In this document: in pieces, positions 9,012 through 18,729 of the stretch
How the letters are laid out: every line of letters starts with the position of its first letter
Numbering within the stretch: the stretch's first letter is position 1
Origin: Sphingobacteriales bacterium
GTDB lineage: Bacteria > Bacteroidota > Bacteroidia > Chitinophagales > Chitinophagaceae
Reading direction: 5' to 3'
Assembly: GCA_012270485.1 (NCBI GenBank)
Contig: JAAXIF010000067.1
Coordinates: 426-64,425 of the forward strand
DNA: 64,000 nt
The notes under the pieces: model-generated
Databases searched by the model: none
What the model saw: only the letters and a program-made list of their open reading frames with translations
What the model was told of the DNA's origin: nothing
Program-made: the position numbers and the translations under genes

Positions 9012-9629
9012 ATGAAAGGTATTATTGGTAAAAAAATCGGGATGACCAGCATCTTCTCGGCAGATGGTAAGCAAACAGCTTGCACCATCATCGAAGCTGG
9101 TCCATGTACCGTAACACAGGTGAAGACCCAGGATACTGATGGTTACACCGCACTACAATTGGCATTTGGCGACAAAAAAGAAAAGCACTCCACGAAAGCT
9201 GAGCTGAATCACTTCGCAAAAGCTCAAACAGCCGCCAAAAAATTCGTAAAAGAATTCCGTAATTATTCCATAGAGAAAGCATTGGGAGAAACTGTTACTG
9301 TTGACATTTTCGCTGAAGGCGAAAGCGTTGAAGTAGTAGGTACTACCAAGGGTAAGGGTTTCCAGGGTGTTGTAAAGCGCCACGGTTTCTCCGGTGTGGG
9401 TGAGCAATCACACGGTCAACACGATCGTCAGCGTGCTCCGGGTTCTATCGGTGGTTCTTCTTATCCTTCACGCGTATTCAAGGGCATGAGAATGGCCGGA
9501 CGTATGGGTGGTGACAGAGTAAAAATGAAGGGATTGAAAGTAGTGAAGATCTTCCCTGAAAAGAACTATATCCTGATCAGCGGTTCTGTTCCTGGTCATA
9601 ACGGTTCAATCGTTTTAATCCAGAAGTAA
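9012..9629 (+). CDS. rplC: 50S ribosomal protein L3
   Basis: [15 protein letters not shown]...[14 protein letters not shown]...QRAPGSIG. Start taken at the ATG at 9012. Confidence 0.97.
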   Translation: MKGIIGKKIGMTSIFSADGKQTACTIIEAGPCTVTQVKTQDTDGYTALQLAFGDKKEKHSTKAELNHFAKAQTAAKKFVKEFRNYSIEKALGETVTVDIFAEGESVEVVGTTKGKGFQGVVKRHGFSGVGEQSHGQHDRQRAPGSIGGSSYPSRVFKGMRMAGRMGGDRVKMKGLKVVKIFPEKNYILISGSVPGHNGSIVLIQK

Positions 9630-9644
9630 TCACAACTTAATTGA

Positions 9645-10283
9645 ATGACCATGCAAGTAGATGTATTAAATATAAAAGGACAGAAAACCGGCAGAACGGT
9701 TGAATTACCGGCTGAGGTTTTCGGTATCGAGCCAAATGATCATGTGATCTACCTGGCTGTAAAACAGTACCTGGCTGCAGGCCGTCAGGGTACACACAAA
9801 GTAAAAACCCGTGCTGAAGTGCAGGGTGCTAGCCGTAAGCTGCACAAGCAAAAAGGTACCGGTGGTTCTCGTAAAGGTAATATCCGTAACCCTTTGTACA
9901 AGGGTGGTGGTACGATCTTCGGACCAAAACCTCACGCTTACGATTTCAAATTGAATCGTAAAGTGAAAGACCTCGCTAAGATCTCTGCACTGAGCTATAA
10001 AGCAAAGGAAAGCGCGATCGTAGTGGTGGAAGATATTCAGATGGACGCACCTAAAACCAAACAATTGGTGGAAGTGATGAAGAACCTGAACATCGCCGAT
10101 AAGAAAACACTGGTTGTATTACCGGAGTACAATGATAATCTGTACCTGAGCACTCGTAACGTGCCAAATGTTGCCAGCACTTTATTGGCCGACATCAACA
10201 CTTATGAGATCATGAATGCAGATGTACTCGTAATCACAGAAAACACTGCTAAAATCTTCGCAGAAGAAGAGGCAGTAGCTTAA
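9645..10283 (+). CDS. rplD: 50S ribosomal protein L4
   Basis: QKGTGGSRKGNIRNPLYKGGGTIFGPKP signature. An alternative start lies at 9651. Confidence 0.95.
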   Translation: MTMQVDVLNIKGQKTGRTVELPAEVFGIEPNDHVIYLAVKQYLAAGRQGTHKVKTRAEVQGASRKLHKQKGTGGSRKGNIRNPLYKGGGTIFGPKPHAYDFKLNRKVKDLAKISALSYKAKESAIVVVEDIQMDAPKTKQLVEVMKNLNIADKKTLVVLPEYNDNLYLSTRNVPNVASTLLADINTYEIMNADVLVITENTAKIFAEEEAVA

Positions 10284-10312
10284 CCAATTAGAAACGTTTC
10301 AACCGAAATACA

Positions 10313-10612
10313 ATGAAACTGAGTGAAGTATTAGTAAAGCCTATTTTAACGGAGAAAGCAAATGCTCAACAAGAAAAGTTGAGAAGATATGCTTTCAAAG
10401 TAAATCGTAAGGCGAACAAACTCGAGATCAAAAAAGCAGTAGAAGAATTTTATGGTGTGAATGTGATCGATGTGAACACTGCTGTTGCTCCCGGTAAAAA
10501 CAAAACCCGCTATACCAAAGCCGGTTTTATTCAGGGTGCGAAACCTGCTTATAAAAAAGCATTCGTAACCGTAGCCGAAGGAGAAACCATTGATCTGTAC
10601 GCTAACATTTAA
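10313..10612 (+). CDS. rplW: 50S ribosomal protein L23
   Basis: VLVKPILTEKA...YAFKVNRKANKLEIKKAVEEFYGV. Confidence 0.95.
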   Translation: MKLSEVLVKPILTEKANAQQEKLRRYAFKVNRKANKLEIKKAVEEFYGVNVIDVNTAVAPGKNKTRYTKAGFIQGAKPAYKKAFVTVAEGETIDLYANI

Positions 10613-10736
10613 TTCCCCCGCCCTGAAGGGAGCCGGAGGAAACAGAATGATAAAGTATGGTAGTTCAACTACCGCAAAAGTTGATTAAAAAACAAGACCT
10701 AGCACCCCTTTAGGGGCTGGGGGTAAAACAAAGAAA
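10613..10736 (+). promoter_or_regulatory. Intercistronic two-hairpin module (copy 1, rplW|rplB)
   Basis: Post-stop C-rich hairpin CCCCCGCCC-TGAA-GGGAGCCGGAGG (10615-10639). Central hairpin GGTAGT/ACTACC. Pre-start CCCC-TTTA-GGGG-CT-GGGGG (10702-10723). Confidence 0.5.
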
Positions 10737-11576
10737 ATGGCACTGAAGAAGTACAAACCGATGACAGCAGGAACACGCTGGAGAATCGGAAATGCTTATG
10801 CTGAGATCACTACCAACAAGCCTGAAAAAAGCCTGTTGGAGCCACAAAAGAAAACCGCAGGTCGTAACTCACAAGGTCGTCGTGCAATGCGTTATATGGG
10901 TGGTGGTAGCAAGCAGCATTATCGTATCATCGATTTCAAAAGAAACAAGAGAGATATTGCTGCAACAGTAGTATCTATCGAATACGATCCGAACCGTACT
11001 GCGTTTATCGCATTGGTTCAATATACGGATGGAGAGAAAAGATACATCATCGCTCCTCAAGGAATTCAGGTGGGTGCAAACATCATCGCTGGTGATGAAG
11101 TAGCTCCTGAGATCGGAAATGCCTTGATGATGAAAAATATGCCATTGGGTACTATGATTCACAACATTGAATTGCAGCCCGGACAAGGTGGTAAAATGGT
11201 AAGAAGTGCCGGTGCATCTGCTCAGCTGGCGAACAAAGAAGAGAAATACGCAGTATTGAAAATGCCTTCTGGCGAATTGCGTAAAGTATTGATCAATTGT
11301 TACGCAACTGTAGGTGTGGTTTCTAATAGCGACCATAACTTGGAAACAGCAGGTAAAGCAGGTAAGAATCGTTGGAAAGGTATTCGTCCACGTGTGCGTG
11401 GTGTTGCGATGAACCCGGTAGATCACCCAATGGGTGGTGGTGAAGGTAAAGCTTCAGGTGGTCACCCACGTAGCAGAACCGGTAAGTATGCAAAAGGTGA
11501 GAAAACACGTACAAAAGGAAAAGGCAGTGATAAACTGATCATCCAGAGAAGAGACGGTAAAAAATTAGCAAAGTAA
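10737..11576 (+). CDS. rplB: 50S ribosomal protein L2
   Basis: GRNSQGR..., [23 protein letters not shown]. Confidence 0.97.
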   Translation: MALKKYKPMTAGTRWRIGNAYAEITTNKPEKSLLEPQKKTAGRNSQGRRAMRYMGGGSKQHYRIIDFKRNKRDIAATVVSIEYDPNRTAFIALVQYTDGEKRYIIAPQGIQVGANIIAGDEVAPEIGNALMMKNMPLGTMIHNIELQPGQGGKMVRSAGASAQLANKEEKYAVLKMPSGELRKVLINCYATVGVVSNSDHNLETAGKAGKNRWKGIRPRVRGVAMNPVDHPMGGGEGKASGGHPRSRTGKYAKGEKTRTKGKGSDKLIIQRRDGKKLAK

Positions 11577-11677
11577 TTTGAAAGTGTGGCGATTTGAAAA
11601 TTTGAAAATGAAAACCTCAAATTCTCAAAGCCCCGAAACAAACACTTTCAATTTTCAAATTTTCAAATTTTCAAATT
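11577..11677. repeat. TTTGAAAA-word inverted-repeat element (copy 1)
   Basis: TTTGAAAGTGTGGCGATTTGAAAATTTGAAAATG, ~40 nt, then CACTTTCAATTTTCAAATTTTCAAATTTTCAAA. It starts directly at the rplB stop. Confidence 0.8.
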
Positions 11678-11688
11678 AACTCATTACT

Positions 11689-11958
11689 ATGGGTCGTTCG
11701 ATTAAAAAAGGTCCTTACGTTGATGCCAACTTAGAAGGTAAAGTTGAAGGTATGAATGATGGCAAAACCAAGAAAGGTGTGATCAAAACTTGGAGCCGTC
11801 GCAGTACAATCACTCCTGATTTTGTTGGACACACTTTTGCAGTGCACAACGGTAACAAGTTCATCCCAGTTTATGTAACCGAATTCATGGTAGGTCACAA
11901 ACTTGGTGAATTTGCTCCAACTCGCAACTTCAGAGGACACGCAGGAACTAAAAAGTAA
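11689..11958 (+). CDS. rpsS: 30S ribosomal protein S19
   Basis: [11 protein letters not shown]...[27 protein letters not shown]. Confidence 0.97.
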   Translation: MGRSIKKGPYVDANLEGKVEGMNDGKTKKGVIKTWSRRSTITPDFVGHTFAVHNGNKFIPVYVTEFMVGHKLGEFAPTRNFRGHAGTKK

Positions 11959-12029
11959 TCACTTGGCGTATGGTTGATGGTTGATAGCGAATAGCAGAAC
12001 CGGATGCAATACCCTAAACAAATAAAGAA

Positions 12030-12374
12030 ATGGAAGCAGTAGCTAAACTGAACAATTATCCTACAGGGCCACGCAAAATGCGTTTGCTGGCTGATGTGAT
12101 CCGTGGAATGGAGGTAGAGAAGGCATTGGCTATTCTCGAGCACCACCCACAGCACAATGCAGTGCCTTTGGCAAAATTGCTGAAGAGTGCGATCAGCAAC
12201 TGGGAGCAAAAAAATAATGGCGCCAGTGCTGCAGACAGCAGTCTGGTGGTAAAAACTGTATTCGTTGACGGAGGTCGTGTACTGAAGCGTATGCGCCCTG
12301 CACCTCAAGGCCGTGGCTACAGGGTACGTAAGCGCAGTAACCATGTAACATTAATCGTAGATTCTAAAAACTAA
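12030..12374 (+). CDS. rplV: 50S ribosomal protein L22
   Basis: [13 protein letters not shown]...[24 protein letters not shown]. Confidence 0.95.
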   Translation: MEAVAKLNNYPTGPRKMRLLADVIRGMEVEKALAILEHHPQHNAVPLAKLLKSAISNWEQKNNGASAADSSLVVKTVFVDGGRVLKRMRPAPQGRGYRVRKRSNHVTLIVDSKN

Positions 12375-12389
12375 TTGTAAAACCACTAT

Positions 12390-13190
12390 ATGGGTCAGAA
12401 AGCAAATCCAATTGGTAACAGGTTAGGTATCATCCGCGGATGGGAAAGTAACTGGTATGGTAGTAAGAAAGACTATGCTACCAAGTTAATCGAGGATCAT
12501 AAGATCCGTACTTACCTGAACGCCCGTATCAACAAGGGCGGTATTGCCAAAATTGTAATAGAGCGTACCCTGGGTAAGCTGATCGTTACAATCCACACCT
12601 CTAAACCAGGTATCATCATCGGTAAAGGTGGCGGAGAAGTAGACCGTATCAAAGAAGAGTTGAAAAAATTAACCGGTAAGGATGATGTTCAGATCAATAT
12701 TCTCGAGATCCGTCGTCCTGAACTGGATGCCAATATTGTAGGCGATACCATCGCTCGTCAGATCGAGAACCGTATCAACTTCAAACGTGCTACTAAAATG
12801 GCGATCGCTTCTACACTCAGAATGGGTGCTGAAGGTATCAAGATCAAGTTAAGTGGTCGTTTGGGTGGTGCTGAGATCGCTCGTAGCGAAGAGTTCAAAC
12901 AGGGTCGTGTGCCTTTGCATACTTTCCGTATGGACATCGACTATGCGAACGTATACGCTCAAACCGTTTACGGTAAGATCGGTATTAAAGTATGGATCTG
13001 TAAAGGTGAAGTACTTGGAAAGCGTGAACTGAATCCAAACTTCGTAGGTGGTAAGAATGATATGAGTGAAAGAAGAGGTGGTGAAGAAAGAGGTGGCGGA
13101 CGCGGAGACAGAAGAGATGATCGCGGCGGCGGTCGTGGTGGAGATAGAAGAGATAACCGCGGCGGAGGCGGAAGAGACAATAGAAGATAA
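12390..13190 (+). CDS. rpsC: 30S ribosomal protein S3 with C-terminal Arg/Gly-rich tail
   Basis: [18 protein letters not shown]..., KH domain [14 protein letters not shown]. Tail [40 protein letters not shown]. Confidence 0.97.
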   Translation: MGQKANPIGNRLGIIRGWESNWYGSKKDYATKLIEDHKIRTYLNARINKGGIAKIVIERTLGKLIVTIHTSKPGIIIGKGGGEVDRIKEELKKLTGKDDVQINILEIRRPELDANIVGDTIARQIENRINFKRATKMAIASTLRMGAEGIKIKLSGRLGGAEIARSEEFKQGRVPLHTFRMDIDYANVYAQTVYGKIGIKVWICKGEVLGKRELNPNFVGGKNDMSERRGGEERGGGRGDRRDDRGGGRGGDRRDNRGGGGRDNRR

Positions 13191-13304
13191 TTTGAAAATG
13201 TGGCAATTTGAAAATTTGAAAATGTAAAAAACAAATTTTCACTACGCCAGGAATAAACTACTTCCACTCATTTTCAAATTTTCAAATTTTCAAATTTTCA
13301 AATT
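13190..13304. repeat. TTTGAAAA-word inverted-repeat element (copy 2)
   Basis: TTTGAAAATGTGGCAATTTGAAAATTTGAAAATG ... CATTTTCAAATTTTCAAATTTTCAAATTTTCAAATT. The left arm is almost identical to 11577-11610 and again starts at the stop codon. Confidence 0.8.
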
Positions 13305-13311
13305 GTAATAA

Positions 13312-13731
13312 ATGTTACAGCCTAAAAGAAGTAAACACAGGAAACAGCAGAAAGGCCGCATTCGTGAAGTGGCTAAGCGTGGTACTTCCATTTCATTTGG
13401 TTCATTTGCTTTGAAAGCGATGGAACCCATCTGGTTAACCAACCGCCAGATCGAGTCTGCCCGTCAGGCAATGACCCGTGCCATGAAGCGTGAAGGTAAT
13501 GTGTGGATCCGTGTATTTCCTGATAAGATCATTACCCGTAAGCCTCTTGAGGTAAGGATGGGTAAAGGTAAAGGTAACCCTGAATTCTGGGCTGCTGTAG
13601 TAGAACCAGGACGTATCATCTTCGAATGCGATGGTGTATCTCAGCAGGTAGCTCAGGAAGCGATGGAACTCGCTGCTCAGAAATTACCGATCAAAACCAA
13701 ATTCATCGTAAGAAGAGACTTACAAGCATAA
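13312..13731 (+). CDS. rplP: 50S ribosomal protein L16
   Basis: [16 protein letters not shown]...[16 protein letters not shown]. Confidence 0.97.
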   Translation: MLQPKRSKHRKQQKGRIREVAKRGTSISFGSFALKAMEPIWLTNRQIESARQAMTRAMKREGNVWIRVFPDKIITRKPLEVRMGKGKGNPEFWAAVVEPGRIIFECDGVSQQVAQEAMELAAQKLPIKTKFIVRRDLQA

Positions 13732-13774
13732 TTTTATCTCGCCTTAGGCGAGACAAATTTTCAAATTGAAGAAA

Positions 13775-13987
13775 ATGGCAAATAAAAAAGTTGAATTCAA
13801 TAAAGGTCTGAAAGACATGAATGTCGCAGATCTGCAGGCAAGAATTCAGGAAGATCAGTTAAGACTGAAAAAATTAGAATTCGCACATGCAATTTCTCCA
13901 TTGGAGAACCCGATGACTGTTCGTGGTTTGCGCAGAGATATTGCTCGTCTGAAGACTGAGTTGAAGAAAAAACAATTAGGAATTTAA
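13775..13987 (+). CDS. rpmC: 50S ribosomal protein L29
   Basis: LQARIQEDQLRLKKLEF...RRDIARLKTEL. ATG at 13775 lies inside a TTG-initiated ORF. Confidence 0.9.
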   Translation: MANKKVEFNKGLKDMNVADLQARIQEDQLRLKKLEFAHAISPLENPMTVRGLRRDIARLKTELKKKQLGI

Positions 13988-14067
13988 AGCTTCAAGCTTC
14001 AAGTTCCAAGCGACAAGCTTATCAAAAAAAACTTTGCTCACAGCTCATAGCTCGGAGCTCATAGCTT
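13987..14067. repeat. Heptamer word arrays (AAGCTTC x5, then CTCATAG x4)
   Basis: aagcttc|aagcttc|aagttcc|aagcgac|aagctta ... ctcacag|ctcatag|ctcggag|ctcatag. Confidence 0.75.
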
Positions 14068-14080
14068 AAAAAAATAAACA

Positions 14081-14341
14081 ATGGCTGAAGTAAGAAATTT
14101 ACGCAAAACAAGGATCGGGGTTGTTACCAGCGATAAGATGGACAAGACCATCACTGTTGCGGTTGAAAGAAAAGTAAAACACCCTATCTACGGAAAGTTC
14201 GTAAAGAAAACCACGAAGTTCCATGCTCATGATGAAAAAAGTGAGTGCGGTATCGGTGATGTGGTAAAGATCATGGAAACTCGTCCGCTGAGCAAAACAA
14301 AGCGTTGGAGACTGGTTGAGATCGTAGAAAAAGCAAAATAA
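14081..14341 (+). CDS. rpsQ: 30S ribosomal protein S17
   Basis: [41 protein letters not shown]. Confidence 0.96.
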   Translation: MAEVRNLRKTRIGVVTSDKMDKTITVAVERKVKHPIYGKFVKKTTKFHAHDEKSECGIGDVVKIMETRPLSKTKRWRLVEIVEKAK

Positions 14342-14354
14342 TAATCGTCCGCTT

Positions 14355-14400
14355 CAGGCGGATTCAAGCTGCAAGCTGCAAGAATTTGAGCTGTAGCCTC
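14355..14400. repeat. Heptamer word array (GCTGCAA type)
   Basis: gattcaa|gctgcaa|gctgcaa|gaatttg|agctgta, preceded by the hairpin TCCGC-ttcag-GCGGA (14348-14362). Confidence 0.6.
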
Positions 14401-14461
14401 TGATAAATTGATAAAAAATCTGGCGAGGAAATTTCTAAGCCGGAAGCTAAAAGCTAAAACA

Positions 14462-14830
14462 ATGATTCAGCAAGAAAGTAGATTGAATGTAGCTGATAAC
14501 AGTGGTGCTAAGGAAGTGCTTTGTATCAAAGTACTCGGTAATAGCGGTCAGGATTATGCCAAAATTGGTGACAAGATCGTTGTAACTGTTAAAGATGCAA
14601 TTCCTGCAGGCGGTATCAAAAAAGGTACTGTATCAAAAGCGGTAATCGTTCGTACCAAAAACAAATTGCGTCGTAAGGATGGTTCTTATATCCGTTTCGA
14701 TGACAACGCAGTGGTATTATTGAACAACTCAGATGAGCCTCGTGGTACCCGTATCTTCGGACCAGTAGCAAGAGAACTTCGTGATAAAGGTTACATGAAG
14801 ATCATCTCTTTGGCTCCGGAAGTATTATAA
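14462..14830 (+). CDS. rplN: 50S ribosomal protein L14
   Basis: [18 protein letters not shown]...[11 protein letters not shown]. Start taken at the internal ATG 14462. Confidence 0.96.
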   Translation: MIQQESRLNVADNSGAKEVLCIKVLGNSGQDYAKIGDKIVVTVKDAIPAGGIKKGTVSKAVIVRTKNKLRRKDGSYIRFDDNAVVLLNNSDEPRGTRIFGPVARELRDKGYMKIISLAPEVL

Positions 14831-14952
14831 GCCCCTGCCCCTAAAGGGGTATGGTTTAGCAATAAACGACTTAGAAAATCACAACCGAACCTATAAGTTA
14901 GGTTAAAACATAAAAAACAAAACTCTCCCTTCAGGGAGACGGAGGGACAAAA
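14831..14952 (+). promoter_or_regulatory. Intercistronic two-hairpin module (copy 2, rplN|rplX)
   Basis: GCCCCTGCCCC-TAAA-GGGG (14831-14850). Central AACCTA-taagt-TAGGTT. TCTCCC-TTCA-GGGAGA-C-GGAGGG (14924-14946), then acaaaa and the ATG. Confidence 0.5.
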
Positions 14953-15291
14953 ATGAGTACAAGATTTAAACCCAAATTCAACATCAAAAAAGGAGACACC
15001 GTAGTGGTGATCGCCGGTGATGATAAGGACTTGAAAAAGCCCCGCAAGGTGTTGGAAGTTATCGTGGATAAAGGTCGTGTGGTAGTAGAAGGTGTTAATA
15101 TCGTAACAAAACATACCAAGCCTTCTGCGCAGAATACAAAGGGTGGTATCGTTAAGATCGAAGCACCGATTAACATCAGCAATGTGATGTTATGGGATGC
15201 TAAAACGAGCAGCGCTACCAAAGTAAAGCGTAATCGTGAAGAAGGTAAATTAGTTCGTATATCTAAAAAATCAGGGGAGGTAATCAAGTAA
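14953..15291 (+). CDS. rplX: 50S ribosomal protein L24
   Basis: [15 protein letters not shown]..., KOW motif. Confidence 0.95.
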   Translation: MSTRFKPKFNIKKGDTVVVIAGDDKDLKKPRKVLEVIVDKGRVVVEGVNIVTKHTKPSAQNTKGGIVKIEAPINISNVMLWDAKTSSATKVKRNREEGKLVRISKKSGEVIK

Positions 15292-15866
15292 TGAGTACTG
15301 CAAAATACACTCCGAGATTAGCAGACAAGTACACCAAAGAGGTAGTACCTGCTTTAATGAAAAAGTTTGCTTACAAAACTGTAATGCAAGCTCCTAAGTT
15401 GGAAAAAATCTGTATCAACCGTGGCGTAAATGGCGCGGTGAATGATAAGAAACTGGTAGACATCGCTGTTGATGAGCTGAACATGATCACTGGTCAGAAA
15501 GCAGTTCCTACTATGTCTAAAAAAGATATCTCCAACTTCAAACTCCGTAAAGGAATGCCAATCGGTGCGCGTGTAACACTGAGAGGAGAGAAGATGTATG
15601 AATTCTTAGACAGATTGGTATCTGTTGCGTTACCTCGTGTACGTGACTTCAAAGGTATCAGCGATAAGGCTTTCGATGGTCGTGGTAACTACACATTAGG
15701 TGTTACCGAGCAGATCATCTTCCCTGAGATCGATATCGATAAAGTGAACAAGATCACCGGTATGGATATTACTTTCGTAACTACTGCTCAAACCAATGAA
15801 GAAGCATATGAGTTACTGAAAGAACTGGGAATGCCTTTCAAAGGAGCAAAAAAAGACAATAACTAA
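15291..15866 (+). CDS. rplE: 50S ribosomal protein L5
   Basis: The TAATG overlap couples it to rpl[13 protein letters not shown]...[20 protein letters not shown]. Confidence 0.97.
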   Translation: MSTAKYTPRLADKYTKEVVPALMKKFAYKTVMQAPKLEKICINRGVNGAVNDKKLVDIAVDELNMITGQKAVPTMSKKDISNFKLRKGMPIGARVTLRGEKMYEFLDRLVSVALPRVRDFKGISDKAFDGRGNYTLGVTEQIIFPEIDIDKVNKITGMDITFVTTAQTNEEAYELLKELGMPFKGAKKDNN

Positions 15867-15934
15867 AAAGTAACTGGTAGCAGCCGGTTTGTAAACATCA
15901 AATCCGGAACCTACTCAAATCTAAACATAAAACA

Positions 15935-16204
15935 ATGGCAAAAGAATCAGTAAAAGCCAGACAAAGAAAGCGTGAAGCCCTGGTAGCCCAGTATGCAGAG
16001 AAGCGTGCAGCCCTAAAAGCAGCAGGTGATTATGCAGCATTGGATAAACTTCCTAAGAATGCGTCACCTGTTCGTTTAAAGAACCGTTGTCAGCTTACCG
16101 GACGTCCGAAAGGTTATATGAGATACTTTGGTCTCTCAAGGGTAATCTTCCGTGATATGGCCCTGAATGGTAAAATTCCAGGTGTTAAAAAAGCAAGCTG
16201 GTAA
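15935..16204 (+). CDS. rpsN: 30S ribosomal protein S14
   Basis: [14 protein letters not shown]...[25 protein letters not shown]. Long form with no Zn-ribbon cysteines. Confidence 0.95.
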   Translation: MAKESVKARQRKREALVAQYAEKRAALKAAGDYAALDKLPKNASPVRLKNRCQLTGRPKGYMRYFGLSRVIFRDMALNGKIPGVKKASW

Positions 16205-16273
16205 AACTACCCTGCCCCGATCAAGATCGGGAAATTGGTACAAAATTTTGAACACGAATTAATTCTAATAAAA

Positions 16274-16672
16274 ATGGTAACTGATCCTATAGCAGACTTC
16301 TTAACCAGAATCCGTAACGCACAGATGGCTGGTCACAGACTGGTAGAAATTCCTGCTTCTAATCTGAAAAAGCGTATGACAGAGATCCTGTACGAACAGG
16401 GTTATATCCTGAAATACAAATTTGAAGATGATAACAAACAAGGACTGATCAAGATCGCGTTGAAATACGATCCTTCTACTAAACAACCTGCGATCCGCTC
16501 TCTGGAAAGAGTGAGCCGTCCGGGTCTGCGTCAATATGCTAAACCTGCTGAAATCAAAAGAGTAATCAATGGTTTGGGTGTGGCTATCTTAAGTACTTCT
16601 AAAGGTGTACTGACTGATAAGCAAGCAAAAGCGCAGAATGTAGGTGGTGAAGTTCTTTGCTACATCTCTTAA
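16274..16672 (+). CDS. rpsH: 30S ribosomal protein S8
   Basis: MVTDPIADFLTRIRNA...GLGVAILSTSKGVLTDKQA. Confidence 0.96.
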   Translation: MVTDPIADFLTRIRNAQMAGHRLVEIPASNLKKRMTEILYEQGYILKYKFEDDNKQGLIKIALKYDPSTKQPAIRSLERVSRPGLRQYAKPAEIKRVINGLGVAILSTSKGVLTDKQAKAQNVGGEVLCYIS

Positions 16673-16760
16673 TTAAGTTATTGTCCTGTCTGACAATTAA
16701 GCTTTTAGTCGGAGCTGAACACGGTCAGGATTTTAGTTGAACAATAAAAAAGAAACGACT

Positions 16761-17315
16761 ATGTCTCGTATTGGAAAAAAACCGGTAACCATTCCAGCAG
16801 GTGTAACCATCACTGTTAGCAAGGAGAATGAAATTACTGTAAAAGGCCCTAAGGGTGAATTGAAGCAGCAGATCGATAGAGATATCACTGTTACTATCAA
16901 AGACAATGAAGTAGTATTTGAACGTCCTACTGATCAGATCCGTCACCGCGCTATGCATGGCTTATACCGTGCATTGGTAAGTAACATGGTAAAAGGTGTT
17001 ACAGAAGGTATCAAAAGAGAATTGGAACTGGTGGGTGTGGGTTTTAAAGCCGCTAATACCGGAAACATTTTGGATCTGGCATTGGGTTACTCTCACAATA
17101 TCATTTTCGAAGTTCCTAAAGAACTGAAAGTAGCAACTGTTACTGAAAAAGGTCAGAACCCAAAGATCCTGTTAGAAGGTATCGACAAACAATTGATCGG
17201 TCAGGTAGCTGCTAAATTGAGAAGCTTACGTAAGCCAGAACCATACAAAGGTAAGGGTGTGAAATACGCCGGTGAGATCCTGAGAAGAAAAGCAGGTAAA
17301 GCAGCAGGTAAATAA
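16761..17315 (+). CDS. rplF: 50S ribosomal protein L6
   Basis: MSRIGKKPVTIPAGV...PEPYKGKGVKYAGE. Confidence 0.96.
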   Translation: MSRIGKKPVTIPAGVTITVSKENEITVKGPKGELKQQIDRDITVTIKDNEVVFERPTDQIRHRAMHGLYRALVSNMVKGVTEGIKRELELVGVGFKAANTGNILDLALGYSHNIIFEVPKELKVATVTEKGQNPKILLEGIDKQLIGQVAAKLRSLRKPEPYKGKGVKYAGEILRRKAGKAAGK

Positions 17316-17408
17316 GCCCCTAGCCCCTAAAGGGGTATAAAGTGGGTGTTTAAATATTTTAAAAATTTCCCTAGCCCCCTTCAGGGGGTTGGGGGTAAAT
17401 AAAGCAAA
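17316..17408 (+). promoter_or_regulatory. Intercistronic two-hairpin module (copy 3, rplF|rplR)
   Basis: GCCCCTAGCCCC-TAAA-GGGG (17317-17336), an AT spacer, then CCCCC-TTCA-GGGGG-TT-GGGGG (17375-17395), then taaataaagcaaa and the ATG. Confidence 0.5.
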
Positions 17409-17759
17409 ATGGGTAAATTAATTCAAAGGCAAAAAATCAGATACCGCATTCGTAAGAAAGTGGCTGGTACAGCTGTTAAGCCACGCTTATCTGTATTCAG
17501 AAGCAATGCTGATATTTATGCACAGTTAATCGATGATGATAATGGTCAAACACTGGCAGCAGCTTCATCTCGCGATAAAGATATCGCTGCTCAGAAAGTA
17601 ACCAAGATCGAAAAAGCGAAACTGGTTGGTGCGGCAATCGCACGTAAAGCCACTGAACTGGGATTGAATACCGTAGTATTCGATCGTGGTGGTAACCTGT
17701 ATCACGGCCGTGTTAAATCCGTAGCCGACGGTGCAAGAGAAGGTGGTCTGCAATTCTAA
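17409..17759 (+). CDS. rplR: 50S ribosomal protein L18
   Basis: [19 protein letters not shown]...[25 protein letters not shown]. Confidence 0.96.
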   Translation: MGKLIQRQKIRYRIRKKVAGTAVKPRLSVFRSNADIYAQLIDDDNGQTLAAASSRDKDIAAQKVTKIEKAKLVGAAIARKATELGLNTVVFDRGGNLYHGRVKSVADGAREGGLQF

Positions 17760-17788
17760 TCTGCTAACAACAATTAATCGTTAGATAA

Positions 17789-18310
17789 ATGTCTAAAGTA
17801 AACGTAAATAAGGTAAAAGCCGGTGGCGACATGGAACTGAAAGAGAAAGTAGTTGCCATTAACCGTGTGGTGAAAACCACTAAAGGTGGACGTACCTTCA
17901 GCTTCTCAGCACTGGTAGTAGTGGGTAATGAAAGTGGTGTGGTTGGACAAGGTCTGGGTAAAGCAAAAGAAGTTCAGGAAGCTATCACAAAAGGTATCGA
18001 AGATGCCAAGAAGAACCTGGTAAAAGTACCTGTAATGCATGGAACCGTTCCTCACGAGCAGTGGGCGAAAGATGGTGCTGCGAAAGTCTTGATCAAACCA
18101 GCCGCTCATGGTGCGGGTGTGATCGCGGGAGGTAGCATGCGTGCCGTTCTGGAAAGTGCAGGTGTAACAGATGTACTGGCGAAAAGCCTGGGTTCTGCCA
18201 ACCCTCACAACGTGGTAAAAGCTACTATCAAGGCCTTGAGCCTGTTGCGTGAACCCGTTCAGGTGGCTAAAACCCGTACGATCAAGCTGAGCAAAGTATT
18301 TAATGGATAA
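17789..18310 (+). CDS. rpsE: 30S ribosomal protein S5
   Basis: [24 protein letters not shown]...[15 protein letters not shown]. Confidence 0.97.
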   Translation: MSKVNVNKVKAGGDMELKEKVVAINRVVKTTKGGRTFSFSALVVVGNESGVVGQGLGKAKEVQEAITKGIEDAKKNLVKVPVMHGTVPHEQWAKDGAAKVLIKPAAHGAGVIAGGSMRAVLESAGVTDVLAKSLGSANPHNVVKATIKALSLLREPVQVAKTRTIKLSKVFNG

Positions 18311-18320
18311 TCATTGGTTG

Positions 18321-18366
18321 TTAGTCCATAGTCCATGGTCCATGGTCTATGGACTATAGACTAACT
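18321..18366. repeat. GWCYATR heptamer palindrome (REP-like), copy 2
   Basis: tta|GTCCATA|GTCCATG|GTCCATG|GTCTATG|GACTATA|GACTAA, between rpsE and rpmD. Confidence 0.85.
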
Positions 18367-18379
18367 CAATAAAGTAGTT

Positions 18380-18562
18380 ATGAAAAAGATCAAGATCACA
18401 CAGATTAAAAGCGGTATCGACAGATCTGAGCGTCAAAAACAAACTTTGATCGCTTTAGGTTTGAAGAAGTTAAATGCTTCAAGAGAAGTAGAAGCTACTC
18501 CTCAGATCCTGGGTATGGTGAATAAAGTAAGCCACCTGGTGAAGGTTGAAGAGATCGCTTAA
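18380..18562 (+). CDS. rpmD: 50S ribosomal protein L30
   Basis: KITQIKSGIDRSERQKQTLIALGL. Confidence 0.93.
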   Translation: MKKIKITQIKSGIDRSERQKQTLIALGLKKLNASREVEATPQILGMVNKVSHLVKVEEIA

Positions 18563-18604
18563 TCCAATCAGATAAGATAGAATTTGTTCCGTGTCATACG
18601 GGAT

Positions 18605-18635
18605 GAAAATGAGTCAATTTACTTGATTCATTTTC
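18605..18635 (+). terminator. Hairpin (possible attenuator) in the rpmD-rplO spacer
   Basis: GAAAATGAGTCAA-tttac-TTGATTCATTTTC: a 13-bp stem with one G.U, followed by a weak T tract (tgttta). Confidence 0.35.
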
Positions 18636-18729
18636 TGTTTATAAAAATCAAAATTCTCTCTGTCACTGACAACACATTTTCAAATCATTTGCGAGGGGTG
18701 ATTCCCCGAAAGTTCAAAATCAATACAAC

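Noticed and set aside
8879-9091. 70-aa minus-strand ORF across the rpsJ-rplC spacer and the rplC start
   Set aside because: It overlaps the rplC coding start in antisense and the hairpin-rich spacer, with no supporting features. The region is better explained as non-coding RNA structure.
12968-13267. Two overlapping minus-strand ORFs with proline/serine/leucine-rich repeats ([15 protein letters not shown]...)
   Set aside because: They are mirror images of the Arg/Gly-rich S3 tail codons and of the TTTGAAAA repeat, not independent genes.
7931-14400. Short tandem repeats in many spacers as CRISPR arrays
   Set aside because: The units are 7-11 nt with no unique spacers, no leader and no cas genes. 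They are word-type tandem and inverted repeats.
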